In this document: one piece after another, positions 42,494 through 53,237 of the stretch
Layout: every line of letters starts with the position of its first letter
Position numbering within the stretch: the first letter of the stretch is position 1
Source: Prasinococcaceae sp. CCMP 1430
Taxonomy: Eukaryota; Plantae; Prasinodermophyta
Assembly (NCBI GenBank): GCA_013416795.1
Contig: RQSC01000482.1
Coordinates: 1-54,818 of the forward strand
Length of the DNA: 54,818 nt
Direction of reading: 5' to 3'
Made by a program: the position numbers and the translations under genes
Notes under the pieces: model-generated
What the model saw: only the letters and a program-made list of their open reading frames with translations
Databases searched by the model: none
Told to the model about the DNA's origin: nothing

Positions 42494-43968
42494 TCACGCC
42501 TTGCTGCGACCAAGCAGGAACGCGAACACCGACACGGCGGCGAGCTTGACTGCCTCCACGATCGCGCCCTGCTGCCGCCTCTGCACCTCGACGAGCTTCT
42601 GGGGCTGCCCGTTGACCACGTAGGTATCGGCGGCGGCCTTCACCTGCATCTGGTTGTAGCCAGTGTGGAACCAGCGCACGCACCACGGCGTGCCCTGCGC
42701 GTCCAGAAGCAGCTGCTGCGTCTTGCGGAAGAGCGTCTCGGCGGCGTCGATCTCCTCCTTGAAGATGGAGACCGACTCCACGGACACGCCAAGCGGCACA
42801 CCGCATCCCGCGGCATCGGCGAGAATCGTGCGCAGCAGGCCGCACAGGATCTCCACCGACGTGGCCACGGGCGAGTCTGCTTCGAGGATGGCTTTCTTGG
42901 TGTCCTCGGGGACCAGCACGCCCAGCCACTCGATGAAGGTCATGGTCTTGGCGCGGCCGCAGGGTGCGAAGGTGAGGATGACCTTCTTGGGCGTGGTGCC
43001 ACGCGCGCGGCAGAGACGGCCGTAATCCTGAAGCAGCTTCACGGTCGCCGAGGCGTCGTAGATGGCCTGCGATATGAACCACTGAAAGCCCATGTCCACC
43101 TTGCGCTGCATGTTGAGGTGCTCACCGGGCTTGCCGGCGGCGATGCGCGTGAGGTGGCGCTCGGCGATGGTCACGCCTCCGATCGCCACGCCACGCGCGC
43201 AGCACATCTCTGACGCGGTTGGAACGGTCACACCGCCATAGTCCTTCGAGGACGTCGCGCCGCCCACCACGTTGATAGCCGAGTGGCCGTGCTTGCCCGG
43301 GCCCTTGCCGACGCACTGCCAAGGCACGCGCAGCAGCGCGAGCGGGTGCGTCGCGATCCGTGCCCGGACGGTCGCGCGCGAGCAGGCGCCTCGTGTCAGC
43401 GCTTGCAGCAACGGGCCGTACGCGCGGCGCGCACTTGCTCTCTCTCTCACACACGCGCTCACGCGGATGCGTGCGAGCATGTGCGTGTGAACACGCTCTC
43501 TCTTTGCGCGCGCGCTCGCGCGCTCGCTGGCTCGCTCGCTCGCTCGCTCGCTCGGTGGCTCGCCCCCTCACGCACCGTGTCCAGCCACTCGCTGTACTCC
43601 TGACGGCTCTGCCCGACCGCGCACTTGTAGATGATGGCCTGCTTGCCCGAGGCGCGCGAGAGCATAGCTCCGTACGCGGACGGGTCGAGCGTGCGGCGGA
43701 ACGGGAACGGCCGCGGCAACTCCGTGCGGCCGTCCTCCTCCTGGATGTCGTACACGATGTAGCCGTCGGTCGCGAGGTTGCGCGCGCGCGCGACGAACTT
43801 CTCGGCGATTTCCATCGCCTTGACCTCGTCCGTGCCCTCGCGCGGCGGCGTGGCGCCGAACAGGAAGCACGGCCGCGTGGGATCCGCCAGCGCCATCGGC
43901 AGCGGGTCGGTCGGCCCCGCAAGGCTGCCCTGCGTTGCCATGTGCACCTTGCTGAACACGCGCTTCAT
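42494..43968 (-). CDS. Bacterial-type MTHFR-like (FAD-linked oxidoreductase fold) protein with hydrophobic C-tail
   Basis: FGATPP, DGYIVYDIQEE..R...RPFPF, GGVTIAERH, K...GFQWFISQAIYD and TFAPCG..KTMTFIEWLGV. One intron at ~43575-43317. Confidence 0.7.
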
Positions 43969-44865
43969 CGCTGCGATCGGCGCGCCCCGCCTCCCGCGCC
44001 GCCCGCGCCCCGAGTGGCCCCTCCCCCCCCCCCTCCCCCTCCCCACCTCGCACCTCCCCTCTCCCGCGCACGCCGCGCGCGCACAACCGCCCCATCCCCC
44101 CCCCCCCCATCTTCTCCCGTAGCCCCCCTCCCCCCACCCCTACTCCGAGGCGCTCGTCTGGCACCCACACCCACCACCGCCCTGCCGCCCTCGCCCGACG
44201 ACGCCGACGCATCCCAGCCGAGTTCAGGTTACGAATTTGAGGTTCGTACGCTTTTAGGGTTCATATTCTGCTCAGCTGCAGCTGAGCAGAACCCTGGGTC
44301 GGCCCCACTTCCTTCAAGCCTCATCACCAGGGAGCGCACCCGAACCACACTGGCCTGCGCCGGGCCGCCGAGTTGGGGTGGCGTATTTTGGGTGTAGTGC
44401 ATGAAGGGTTTGTGATGGTATCGGCATCGGATGCGGTGGAAATGGCGGGAACGCGCGCGGGCGCGCGCGCGCGCGCGCGCGCGCGCCGCTCGCGTGCGGC
44501 TGCCCTCGGGCGGATGGAGGATGCGCTGCGCCCCCCCGGGCAGGCCGCTCGCGCCGCGAAAAGTGCGCCCGAGGGAGGGAGCGTCGGCGCGGGGGCGGGG
44601 TGGGCGGGGTGGGCGTGGCTGCACGGGGGCACGTGGCGGTGTGAGTGCGCGCGTGCGCGCGCGTGCGTGTGCTGGGTTGCCCTTGCGTGAGCTCCAGGAC
44701 TACCGGTACTGTGTGTGCATGCGTGTGTGCGCATTGGGTGCGCGGCAGGTCGCGGCGGGAGCACAGGGCGCGCGGTCAGCGCAGCGGCAGTCCTTCCTTC
44801 CCACACCGCCCCACTTCCCGATCAGCGCCGGTTCGCAACCGAGGCGCCGGGCGAAGCCGGCGAGG

Positions 44866-45873
44866 ATGCAGAGCGCGCTGTACCCCAACGTGCACAGCCT
44901 CGCCGGCGGCCGCGCCGTCGTGACGGGCGCGTCGAGCGGCATCGGCGAGGCCGTCGCGAGGCGGCTCGCCGAGGCGGGCTGCGGTGTCGCGCTCGTCGCG
45001 CGCCGCGAGGAGCGGCTCGCCAAGCTCGCGGCGGAGCTCAAGGCGGAGTACAATGTGCCCGTGGAGGCCTTCAAGTGCGACTGCTCCGACCTCGAGGCGA
45101 TCGCCGCGCTGCCCGAACGCGTGCAGGCGACGGAGCTCAAGGATCCCACCATCCTCATCGCCAATGCGGGGCTGGCGCTCGGCAAGACCGGCGCCGACGA
45201 CAACAACATGGAGGACTCGAAGATCATGATCGACACCAACGTGACGGGCGTCGTCGCGCTCTGCCGCGCCTTTCTGCCGGGCATGAAGGAGCGCAACGAC
45301 GGCCACGTCCTCACGACGGGCTCGGTGGCGGGGCTGCACGCGTACGCCGGCGGCAGCGTGTACTGCGCCAGCAAGTTCGCCGTGAACGCCTTCACGCAGG
45401 CCATGAGGCACGACCTGCAGGACACCGCCCTGCGCATCGCGCACATCGCCCCAGGCTGGGTGGAGACGGAGTTCAGCAACGGTGCGCGCGTGCGCCCGCC
45501 CGCGAGTGTGTGCGCTGCGCCAGCGATGCGATCCTCGCCCGCCGTGAGGAGCGCTGGCCGACGCGCGACGTACCCGTTGCTGTCCCGTCTGCATGCGCAT
45601 GTCACGCGCGCCCCGCCCTTCGTGCCCACGACTGACGCGCGCCCGCCCGTGCGCCCGCGCCGCTGCCCGCTCCCGGCAGTCCGCTTCAAGGGCGACGACG
45701 CCAAGGCGGACGCGCTCTACAAGGGCTTTACGCCGCTCTACGCGCACGACGTCGCAGACAGCATGATGTATGTCCTCACGCGCCCCAAGCACGTGCAGGT
45801 GGCCGACGTCGTCGTGTATTGCACCGCGCAGGCGCACCCGACGACCGTCGCGCGCAACTCCAAGGCGCCGTGA
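44866..45873 (+). CDS. Short-chain dehydrogenase/reductase (YdfG/YMR226C-like NADP-dependent 3-hydroxyacid dehydrogenase)
   Basis: TGASSGIG, ARR, NAG, YCASK and PGWVETEFSN|VRFKGD. Intron 45482-45679. Confidence 0.92.
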   Translation: MQSALYPNVHSLAGGRAVVTGASSGIGEAVARRLAEAGCGVALVARREERLAKLAAELKAEYNVPVEAFKCDCSDLEAIAALPERVQATELKDPTILIANAGLALGKTGADDNNMEDSKIMIDTNVTGVVALCRAFLPGMKERNDGHVLTTGSVAGLHAYAGGSVYCASKFAVNAFTQAMRHDLQDTALRIAHIAPGWVETEFSNGARVRPPASVCAAPAMRSSPAVRSAGRRATYPLLSRLHAHVTRAPPFVPTTDARPPVRPRRCPLPAVRFKGDDAKADALYKGFTPLYAHDVADSMMYVLTRPKHVQVADVVVYCTAQAHPTTVARNSKAP

Positions 45874-45979
45874 GCGGGGCGCCGAGGCGCGGCGTCGTAA
45901 AAACGTCGTCAAAAATCAGCGGTATGGTACATGTTCGGCGCGCTCCGAGTGGCAGCCGCGCGCGCCGCGCACTCGAGGC

Positions 45980-48357
45980 CTATGAGCCCACGTCCATCAC
46001 TACGTCTGTGAAGCGCTCCAGCGGGACAGTCGGCCTCTGCCCGGCGGGATGCGGCGCCTCGCCCAGGCCCTGGCACGCCATCTCGACGAGCAGGAGCAGG
46101 CGTTTGATGGCAACGGCGTCGCCGAGCACCGCGGACGCGCCCTGGGCGTCGGCCGGCGTGAAGGCGCCCGTGGCGGTCAGGACGGACGTCACCTCCGCCG
46201 GCTGCAGCAGTGGCACGTTGAGAGTCACGTTGAAAGCCGCGGCGAGCTCCATGGTCTCGAGCACCGGAAGCTGGCTGGTGGTGCCAAGTACAAGCAGGCG
46301 GTGGCCCTTGGGCGGCTGGCGCTTGGCGAGCACCAGCAGCGTCTGCAGCACGTGGTTGCTGAAGCGCGGGCCGATGGACACGTACTCGAGGAGGCGTTCA
46401 ATGTCATCGAGCACGATGCAGCTCACAGGCGACTGTGGGCGCACACGCGCGCGTCAGCTTTCTTTGCTGCCCAGCCACCGACAAGCGCCGCGCGAGCGCA
46501 CCAACGAGACACGCACGCAAATCCGCTCACCTTGTACGCGTCCTCGAAGACTTTGGCGATCGCCGAGCACTTGGCACTCTCTGAGTAGCCGACCATGGTC
46601 TCTGCCGAAATGAATTTGACGAACGGGAAGCCGCTCTCGAGCGCCAGCGTGGCCGCCAGCGCCGTCTTGCCGGCGCCAGGGGCGCCCTCGAGCAGGCAGC
46701 TGAGGATGGGCGACCGCTCCGAGGTCTCGACCTGCGCCGCAAGCGCCTTGCACGTCGCCATGATGTGCTCGAACTTTTCGCCGGTGGGAATTATGCCCTG
46801 CGGCCTGTAGCTGTCCATCGTGTCCGCGCTCACGCCGAACGCGGGCTTGACCTCCTTGAGCGCCTCCTCAAAGTCCGACATGGAGACAACGATCTTCGAC
46901 TCGTCGATCGCCGCACTGAGGTCGTCAACGTTGACCTGTCTGTTGAGCGCGAATGAGGTGGCGCTCTTCACGAGGCCCTCGATTTCCGCGCCGGAGAAGT
47001 TCTTGGTGCGCGCGGCGAGGTCCGCGAGGTCGACGTCGGGCGCGAGGAAGCCCGCAGCCTTGGACTTGGCGGTGTGGATGGTGAGGATCTGCTGACGGCC
47101 AGCCTCGTCGGGCAGGCCGATCTCCACCTTGACTTCCAGACGGCCGGGGCGCGTGAGCGCCTCGTCGAGCATGTCGATCCGGTTGGTCATGCCGATGAGC
47201 AGGATGTTGTTGAGCGCGTCCACGCCATCGATTTTCGTGAGGAGCTGGTTGACGATGGAGTCGTGCACGCCCGTGCCATCGCGGACGGAGCCACGGCTCT
47301 TGCAGATGGCGTCGATCTCGTCGAAGATGATGATGTGCAGGTCCGAATCGTCGCCGTTTGCGGTCTGGTCGGCCTCGGCATCCTTGAAGAGGTTCCTGAT
47401 GTTCTCCTCGGCCTGGCCGACGTACTTGGAGAGGATTTCGGGGCCGTTGACGATTTTGGGCTCCTTGCCGTTGAGCATCTTGCCGATCTGGCGCGCGATG
47501 AGCGTCTTGCCCGTGCCGGGCGGGCCGTGCAGCAGCATGCCCTTCACGTGCGAGATGCCCAGCTGCGACACCACCGACGCGGGGAACACGCGCGAGGCGA
47601 ACGCACGCCTGAAAATGTCGCCGAACTGCTTGTCGAGGCCGCCGATGCCGAGCTTGTTGAAGTTGAACTCCTTGCGCTTAAACAGATTGCTGCTCATGCC
47701 GGCCTTCTGGCCGGTGAGCTTGATGCCAGTCTCCTTGGCCGCCTCGAAGACGACCGCGGTCGCGTCCGTGAGGACGCCGCGCGTGGCGCCGTCGTCGCCG
47801 CCCGCGCGCGCGATGCCGCCCACCGCGAACAGGTAGTTCGTGCCCACGAACTCGAACGTCACCTTTTGGCCGACGGTCAGGACCTGCGTCGCGAAGCGCA
47901 TCTTGACGACCTGCTCGAGCTTCTTTGCATCCAGCGTCTCCTGGCGCGCGCCACGCCGCGAGACGAAGTCGAGCTCGAGAGTGAGCACCGCTATTTCAAA
48001 GCCCTGAGCCGGAGGCGCGAACGGGCGCACCTCCACCGGCATGCCGCTGCGCGATGGCGCAAGTGTCAGTGGCGTGGCAGGGCCGCGCTCCAAAGCGCGG
48101 GCGCCGCGCGAGACGCGGCGCGCGCGCGCGCGCCGCGCCCCCCCCCATGCTCACCTCGAAGCTTGCGCATTCCTGCGCTGCACTGCGTTGAGCGCGACAC
48201 ATCCCGGCTCGATGGCGTCATTCGCGCGCACGGAGAGCACCGCGGCGCCGAGCTCAACGTAGGCGCCCAACCGCGGCGCGTCGGCGGGCGCGACGAACGC
48301 GCAGTTCGTCAGCGCGAGCTCCTGCGCCGGGCAGTTGACCACCTTCAGCTGCGCCAT
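45980..48357 (-). CDS. NSF: Vesicle-fusing ATPase NSF/Sec18
   Basis: N-domain [45 protein letters not shown]2 GAGKT and [19 protein letters not shown]. Two introns. Confidence 0.97.
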
Positions 48358-48950
48358 CGCCGTCGGCGCGAGCGTGCAGACGACGATCGAAGGACCGAAT
48401 CCGCGGGCGCGTCCGCGCGTGGTCCGGGGCGAAAGGCGCGCGCGCGCGTGCAACAGGCAGGGGAGGGGAGGGGGAGGAGCAGCGCAGCGCTGCGCCGCGC
48501 GCGCGCGCTGTGGCCCGGGCGCTTCCTTCCGCTTGAAAAGGACAAGCGCGTTCCCCATCATTTCGAATCGGAAAACAGCGGCGCGCCATCATTTCGAAAG
48601 GCGCGATACAAAAAAACCAGGGTGGCTCCCTCGCATGCTCCGCAAGGGACGTATTGGATGCGTTGTGATATGGGTTCTTACGGCGCGGCGTCTCCAGCAC
48701 ACCGCGCGCGCGTCGGCGCGGGCGCCTGCGCCGGCCGGTCGCGCCACAGGGGAGCGGCTGCAGGCATCGCTGCTCCCTCGCGTGCCCGTGTGGTGGAAGC
48801 CGGAGGCGGAGCCCGCCGCTGCTGCCGACTGCGCGGCCGCCTGCGGCGGCGGGGTGCGCTCGCTGCGCGGGGCGAACGCAGGGCGAGAGTGGGGCGAGCG
48901 AGGTCGCCGGCTGGCGGCTGGCGGCTCGCAAGCGCGGGCCGTGCCTCCAC

Positions 48951-49973
48951 ATGGCGCCGAAGATTGCCACGAAGCGGCTGCAGAAGGAGCTGAAGTCGCT
49001 CGCGCTGGACGCTCCACCTGGCATCGCCGCGCGCCCTTCGGAGACCGACATCCTCGAGTGGCACTACATACTGGACGGCCCGTCCGAGACGCCGTATGCG
49101 GGCGGCGTGTACCATGGCAAGCTCGTCTTTCCGCCCGAGTACCCGAACAGGCCGCCCGCAATCTCCATGCTCACGCCCTCGGGGCGCTTCAAGACTGGCA
49201 CCTCGCTGTGCTTCTCGATGAGCGAGTATCATCCTGAGAGCTGGCAGCCGTCGTGGAAGGTCGAGACGATTCTACTCGGCCTGCAGTCGTTCATGTGCGA
49301 GGAGGCCGTCACGCAGGGGTCCATCGCGAGCTCGGAGGCCGAGCGGAAGGACCTCGCGCGCAAGGCTGCCACGCACTGCCTGCAGAGCGCGTCATTCAAG
49401 CGCCACTTCCCAGACATGCTCGACACCATGCGGGAGCGCGAGGCGGCGTGGGAGGATGGTGGACTCGAGGCCGCACGTGCGGTACAGATCGGGATGCCCG
49501 CGCCCGAAGGCCAGGAGCCCGCACGCGCGCAGGACCAACGGCAACAGGCGCAGGAGAAGGGGCAGGCGCAGCCCGATGCGCAGCAACAGGCTGAGCCCGA
49601 GCCCGGGCCGCGCCCCGGCGCGCAGCAGAGCATCGAGCAAGGCGAGGAGGCGCAAGCAACGAGTGCTCACGAGGAGAGGTGCGCGAAGCGAGCGCTTGCG
49701 CCCCATGATGCGCCCCACCCCCACCACCACACACATGCACACCCTGCGGCGTTTTCTTGTCTCTCGCCGCTGCACGCTGGCGCACGGGCAGCGCACTGAC
49801 GCCCCCTCGCCCCCATCCCACTCACCCACAGTGGCGCGGACGGCGGTGTGGACCCGTCGTGGTCAGTGAAGAAGCTCAGGAAATACATCGAGAAGAAAGG
49901 CGGTTCGGTGAAGGGATGCCGAGAGAAGGCAGACCTCCTCGCGCGCGCGCTGGAGTGCGCCTCTCTCGAGTGA
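48951..49973 (+). CDS. UBC6/UBE2J-family E2 ubiquitin-conjugating enzyme with C-terminal SAP-like domain
   Basis: KRLQKE, EWHY, TPSGRF and LCFSMSEYHPESWQPSW. Intron 49679-49831. Last exon SVKKLRKYIEKKGGSVKGCREKADLLARA. TGTAA at 50035. Confidence 0.9.
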
Positions 49974-50249
49974 CCGGCGAGAGGCAAGGCGCCGCATCGC
50001 TTTCGAATGGCCCCCAGCGGAGCACTTTCACGCCTGTAATATTGCCCCGACTCGGCAGACTCCCGCAGCTCGCCCCAGGAGCTGCGCGCGGCGCACGACG
50101 CTCTCGCGCAGGTGCAAGCTCGTATGTACTAAACTGATGGACGTATTATATGTGTAGAGCGCGCAGGTCGAGCCTCAGTCGTGCGCGCGCGCGGGGGAGG
50201 GAAGGGGGGCTGGAAGCCACGCAGCGCCTGCGCCTGCCGCAGGGCCGCC

Positions 50250-50682
50250 TCATGCACCAGGTGCCATTCCCCCCATCGCAGCCGCGTGCGCGTGCGCGCT
50301 CGCCCCGAGCGCTGCGCGCAGCTCCTCCACCTCCTTGCGTACGGCTTCAATCTCGTGCATGTTGGAGTTGTTCACCACGTACCCCTGTGGCGTGCCGTCC
50401 GCCATCACCGCCACGCTCAGCGACCCCGGGTGCGCGAAAACGCGCTCCAGCATGGACGACATGCGCTTGGGGCGGTCGCCCTGGTCGGCGGGCGCGTGCG
50501 TGCCGCTGTCGGCCGATTGCTCCTCGTGCGCGCCCTCCGCTCCGGTGGCGACGGCAGCGGCTGCTGCTGCCGTGGCCGCGGCGGACGCCGAGTACTTGCG
50601 CCCTCGCCGGCGCTTGCTGCCCGCGCCGGCGGCGGCGCCGCCGCGCTTGCGCGCCTGCGCGCTGCTGCTCACGTCCGACGAC
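50250..50682 (-). CDS. 3' fragment of an unidentified protein
   Basis: Coding-like open frame ...MSSMLERVFAHPGSLSV...EIEAVRKEVEELRAAL...* truncated upstream by the N at 50683. Confidence 0.45.
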
Positions 50683-50683
50683 N

Positions 50684-51073
50684 CCGTCCAACCCGGCCGC
50701 GCCACCAGCCGCCGCCAGCAGCGCGCCGCTGCCTGCAGCAAAGGCGGCCAGCGCGGGCGGCGTTCCCGCCGCCCCAAGCGCGCGCGCTGAGGAGAGCACG
50801 CCGACGACCTCGTCGTCTTTCCTGTCTTGGTGCGCGTACACCGTGTCGTAGTATAGCGTCCACAGCGCCGAGCCCGCGTAGAGCGGCAGCACCACCGAGG
50901 CGTCGAGCTCGCCGTGGACCGCTGCCCAGCCCAGCAGCGCGCCCCAGTTGATCGTCAGCCCAAGGAACGCCTGTGGCCAGTCAATGACCCGCTTCATGAG
51001 CGGGTAGGTGCCCACCAGCAGCAGGCTGCTCGCGCCCAGTAGCTTTGAGAAGTCGTTCAGCTGCAGCAACACC
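50684..51073 (-). CDS. COQ2: 4-hydroxybenzoate polyprenyltransferase, internal exon fragment
   Basis: YPLMKR...[18 protein letters not shown] and [17 protein letters not shown], preceded by a CTGCAG acceptor. Confidence 0.9.
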
Positions 51074-51349
51074 TGCAGCCCCGCAGCCGCAGCAGCGCGC
51101 GTGGGTTGGCGATGGTGGGTGGGGGGTGTCGAGCGCCCGCCGCCCCGGGGGCGCTCCGTCCGCCCCGCCGCCATATCCACCCATCGCGCGATCCGTACGG
51201 CGCCGCGTTTTTTTTTTTTTTTTCGGAGCGCAAATTGAGCGCCAAACTCTTTTTTTCCTTTTCGTCTGTCGCGGTGGCGCTGCCTGGCGCTGAGGTGGCG
51301 CAGAGTGCGCTGGCTGACGCCCCCCCCCCCCCCACACACACACAAACAG

Positions 51350-51490
51350 GTGAACGAGGCGGCTTACCAGGAGGACGTCGAGCGGGCGGAGGCCAAGGCG
51401 GTCCGCGCGGACAAGTTCGCCAAGGTGCTGCGCGAGCAGCTCTCGCTGCCCGACCCCGCGGCCGAGGGCGCGGACGGAGGTGATGAGTAA
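51350..51490 (+). CDS. Orphan terminal exon of an unidentified gene
   Basis: CTGAC branch site and ACAG acceptor, then [31 protein letters not shown]...GDE*. Confidence 0.45.
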   Translation: MNEAAYQEDVERAEAKAVRADKFAKVLREQLSLPDPAAEGADGGDE

Positions 51491-51841
51491 GAGAGCGGGG
51501 GTGCCCGGCCGCGGCCGCTGTTTGTCCAGCTGCGCCGCCAGGCTCTTGTGCGAGCGGGCGCGCCGCCCGATGACACGCGGATCTGGCTTGAGGAGGGGCG
51601 AGCGCGCTGTCCTGGCGCAGCGCGAGTGCGCGGCGTTCGCGGCCAGAAGAGCAGGGCGGCGTCGACGCGTCTGGGCCGTCAGTGTACAAAACTGTCGCCG
51701 CCTCAGAATCGGCTCGGGGTTGACTTGGCTGCCTGCGCCCGCAGCACCCACGCGGGTGGCAGATGCTGCCACGCGACGGCTCCGAGTGCCGTCTCGGCAC
51801 GTGCGCGAAGCATTTTCCCAGCCCTCACCCCCCCCCGCGAG

Positions 51842-53110
51842 CTACTGCGCGCGCTGCGCACGCTCGAGCGTCGCCTGCGCCTTGGCCTGCCCCGCGGCCT
51901 GCCCCTTGGGCGCAATCACCAGGGCCGCCAGCGACGCCACGGCGAGCCCCGCGCCGATGCCGGCGTAGATGGCCGGCGGGCCCGACAGCAGCGTGATCTT
52001 GCGAACGAGCATCACCATGGCCGCCGCGACGAGGGCGGCCACGGCAGGGGCCAGGCGCGCCGCGCCTCGCGCGCCGTGTGGCCGCCCCGCCCGCGCCGNN
52101 NNNNNNNNNNNNNNNNNNNNNNNNNNNNNNNNNNNNNNNNNNNNNNNNNNNNNNNNNNNNNNNNNNNNNNNNNNNNNNNNNNNNNNNNNNNNNNNNNNNN
52201 NNNNNNNNNNNNNNNNNNNNNNNNNNNNNNNNNNNNNNNNNNNNNNNNNNNNNNNNNNNNNNNNNNNNNNNNNNNNNNNNNNNNNNNNNNNNNNNNNNNN
52301 NNNNNNNNNNNNNNNNNNNNNNNNNNNNNNNNNNNNNNNNNNNNNNNNNNNNNNNNNNNNNNNNNNNNNNNNNNNNNNNNNNNNNNNNNNNNNNNNNNNN
52401 NNNNNNNNNNNNNNNNNNNNNNNNNNNNNNNNNNNNNNNNNNNNNNNNNNNNNNNNNNNNNNNNNNNNNNNNNNNNNNNNNNNNNNNNNNNNNNNNNNNN
52501 NNNNNNNNNNNNNNNNNNNNNNNNNNNNNNNNNNNNNNNNNNNNNNNNNNNNNNNNNNNNNNNNNNNNNNNNNNNNNNNNNNNNNNNNNNNNNNNNNNNN
52601 NNNNNNNNNNNNNNNNNNNNNNNNNNNNNNNNNNNNNNNNNNNNNNNNNNNNNNNNNNNNNNNNNNNNNNNNNNNNNNNNNNNNNNNNNNNNNNNNNNNN
52701 NNNNNNNNNNNNNNNNNNNNNNNNNNNNNNNNNNNNNNNNNNNNNNNNNNNNNNNNNNNNNNNNNNNNNNNNNNNNNNNNNNNNNNNNNNNNNNNNNNNN
52801 NNNNNNNNNNNNNNNNNNNNNNNNNNNNNNNNNNNNNNNNNNNNNNNNNNNNNNNNNNNNNNNNNNNNNNNNNNNNNNNNNNNNNNNNNNNNNNNNNNNN
52901 NNNNNNNNNNNNNNNNNNNNNNNNNNNNNNNNNNNNNNNNNNNNNNNNNNNNNNNNNNNNNNNNNNNNNNNNNNNNNNNNNNNNNNNNNNNNNNNNNNNN
53001 NNNNNNNNNNNNNNNNNNNNNNNNNNNNNNNNNNNNNNNNNNNNNNNNNNNNNNNCGCCACCGCCGGGGGCGATGGGCGCGACGCCGCCCGCGGGGATGC
53101 CGCCGCCCAT
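51842..53110 (-). CDS. Probable membrane protein, mostly hidden by the N gap
   Basis: Possible start MGGGIPAGG before the gap and two hydrophobic helices plus a stop after it. The linkage across the gap is not verifiable. Confidence 0.35.
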   Translation of the reverse strand: MGGGIPAGGVAPIAPGGGXXXXXXXXXXXXXXXXXXXXXXXXXXXXXXXXXXXXXXXXXXXXXXXXXXXXXXXXXXXXXXXXXXXXXXXXXXXXXXXXXXXXXXXXXXXXXXXXXXXXXXXXXXXXXXXXXXXXXXXXXXXXXXXXXXXXXXXXXXXXXXXXXXXXXXXXXXXXXXXXXXXXXXXXXXXXXXXXXXXXXXXXXXXXXXXXXXXXXXXXXXXXXXXXXXXXXXXXXXXXXXXXXXXXXXXXXXXXXXXXXXXXXXXXXXXXXXXXXXXXXXXXXXXXXXXXXXXXXXXXXXXXXXXXXXXXXXXXXXXXXXXXXXXXXXXXXXXXXXXXARAGRPHGARGAARLAPAVAALVAAAMVMLVRKITLLSGPPAIYAGIGAGLAVASLAALVIAPKGQAAGQAKAQATLERAQRAQ

Positions 53111-53237
53111 GCTTGCGGGCGCCAGGCTCGCGCTGCCGCCGGGCCCGCCGCCGCCGCCACAGTAATACACGCCTGCTCGGCTCTCGGCCACGCTGATGCC
53201 GGCGCTCTACTTTTTGGGGATGTGATGGGAAGAAGAA

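Noticed and set aside
18356-43968. Folate gene cluster (folD plus MTHFR-like)
   Set aside because: About 23 kb apart with many unrelated genes between them, so likely coincidental.
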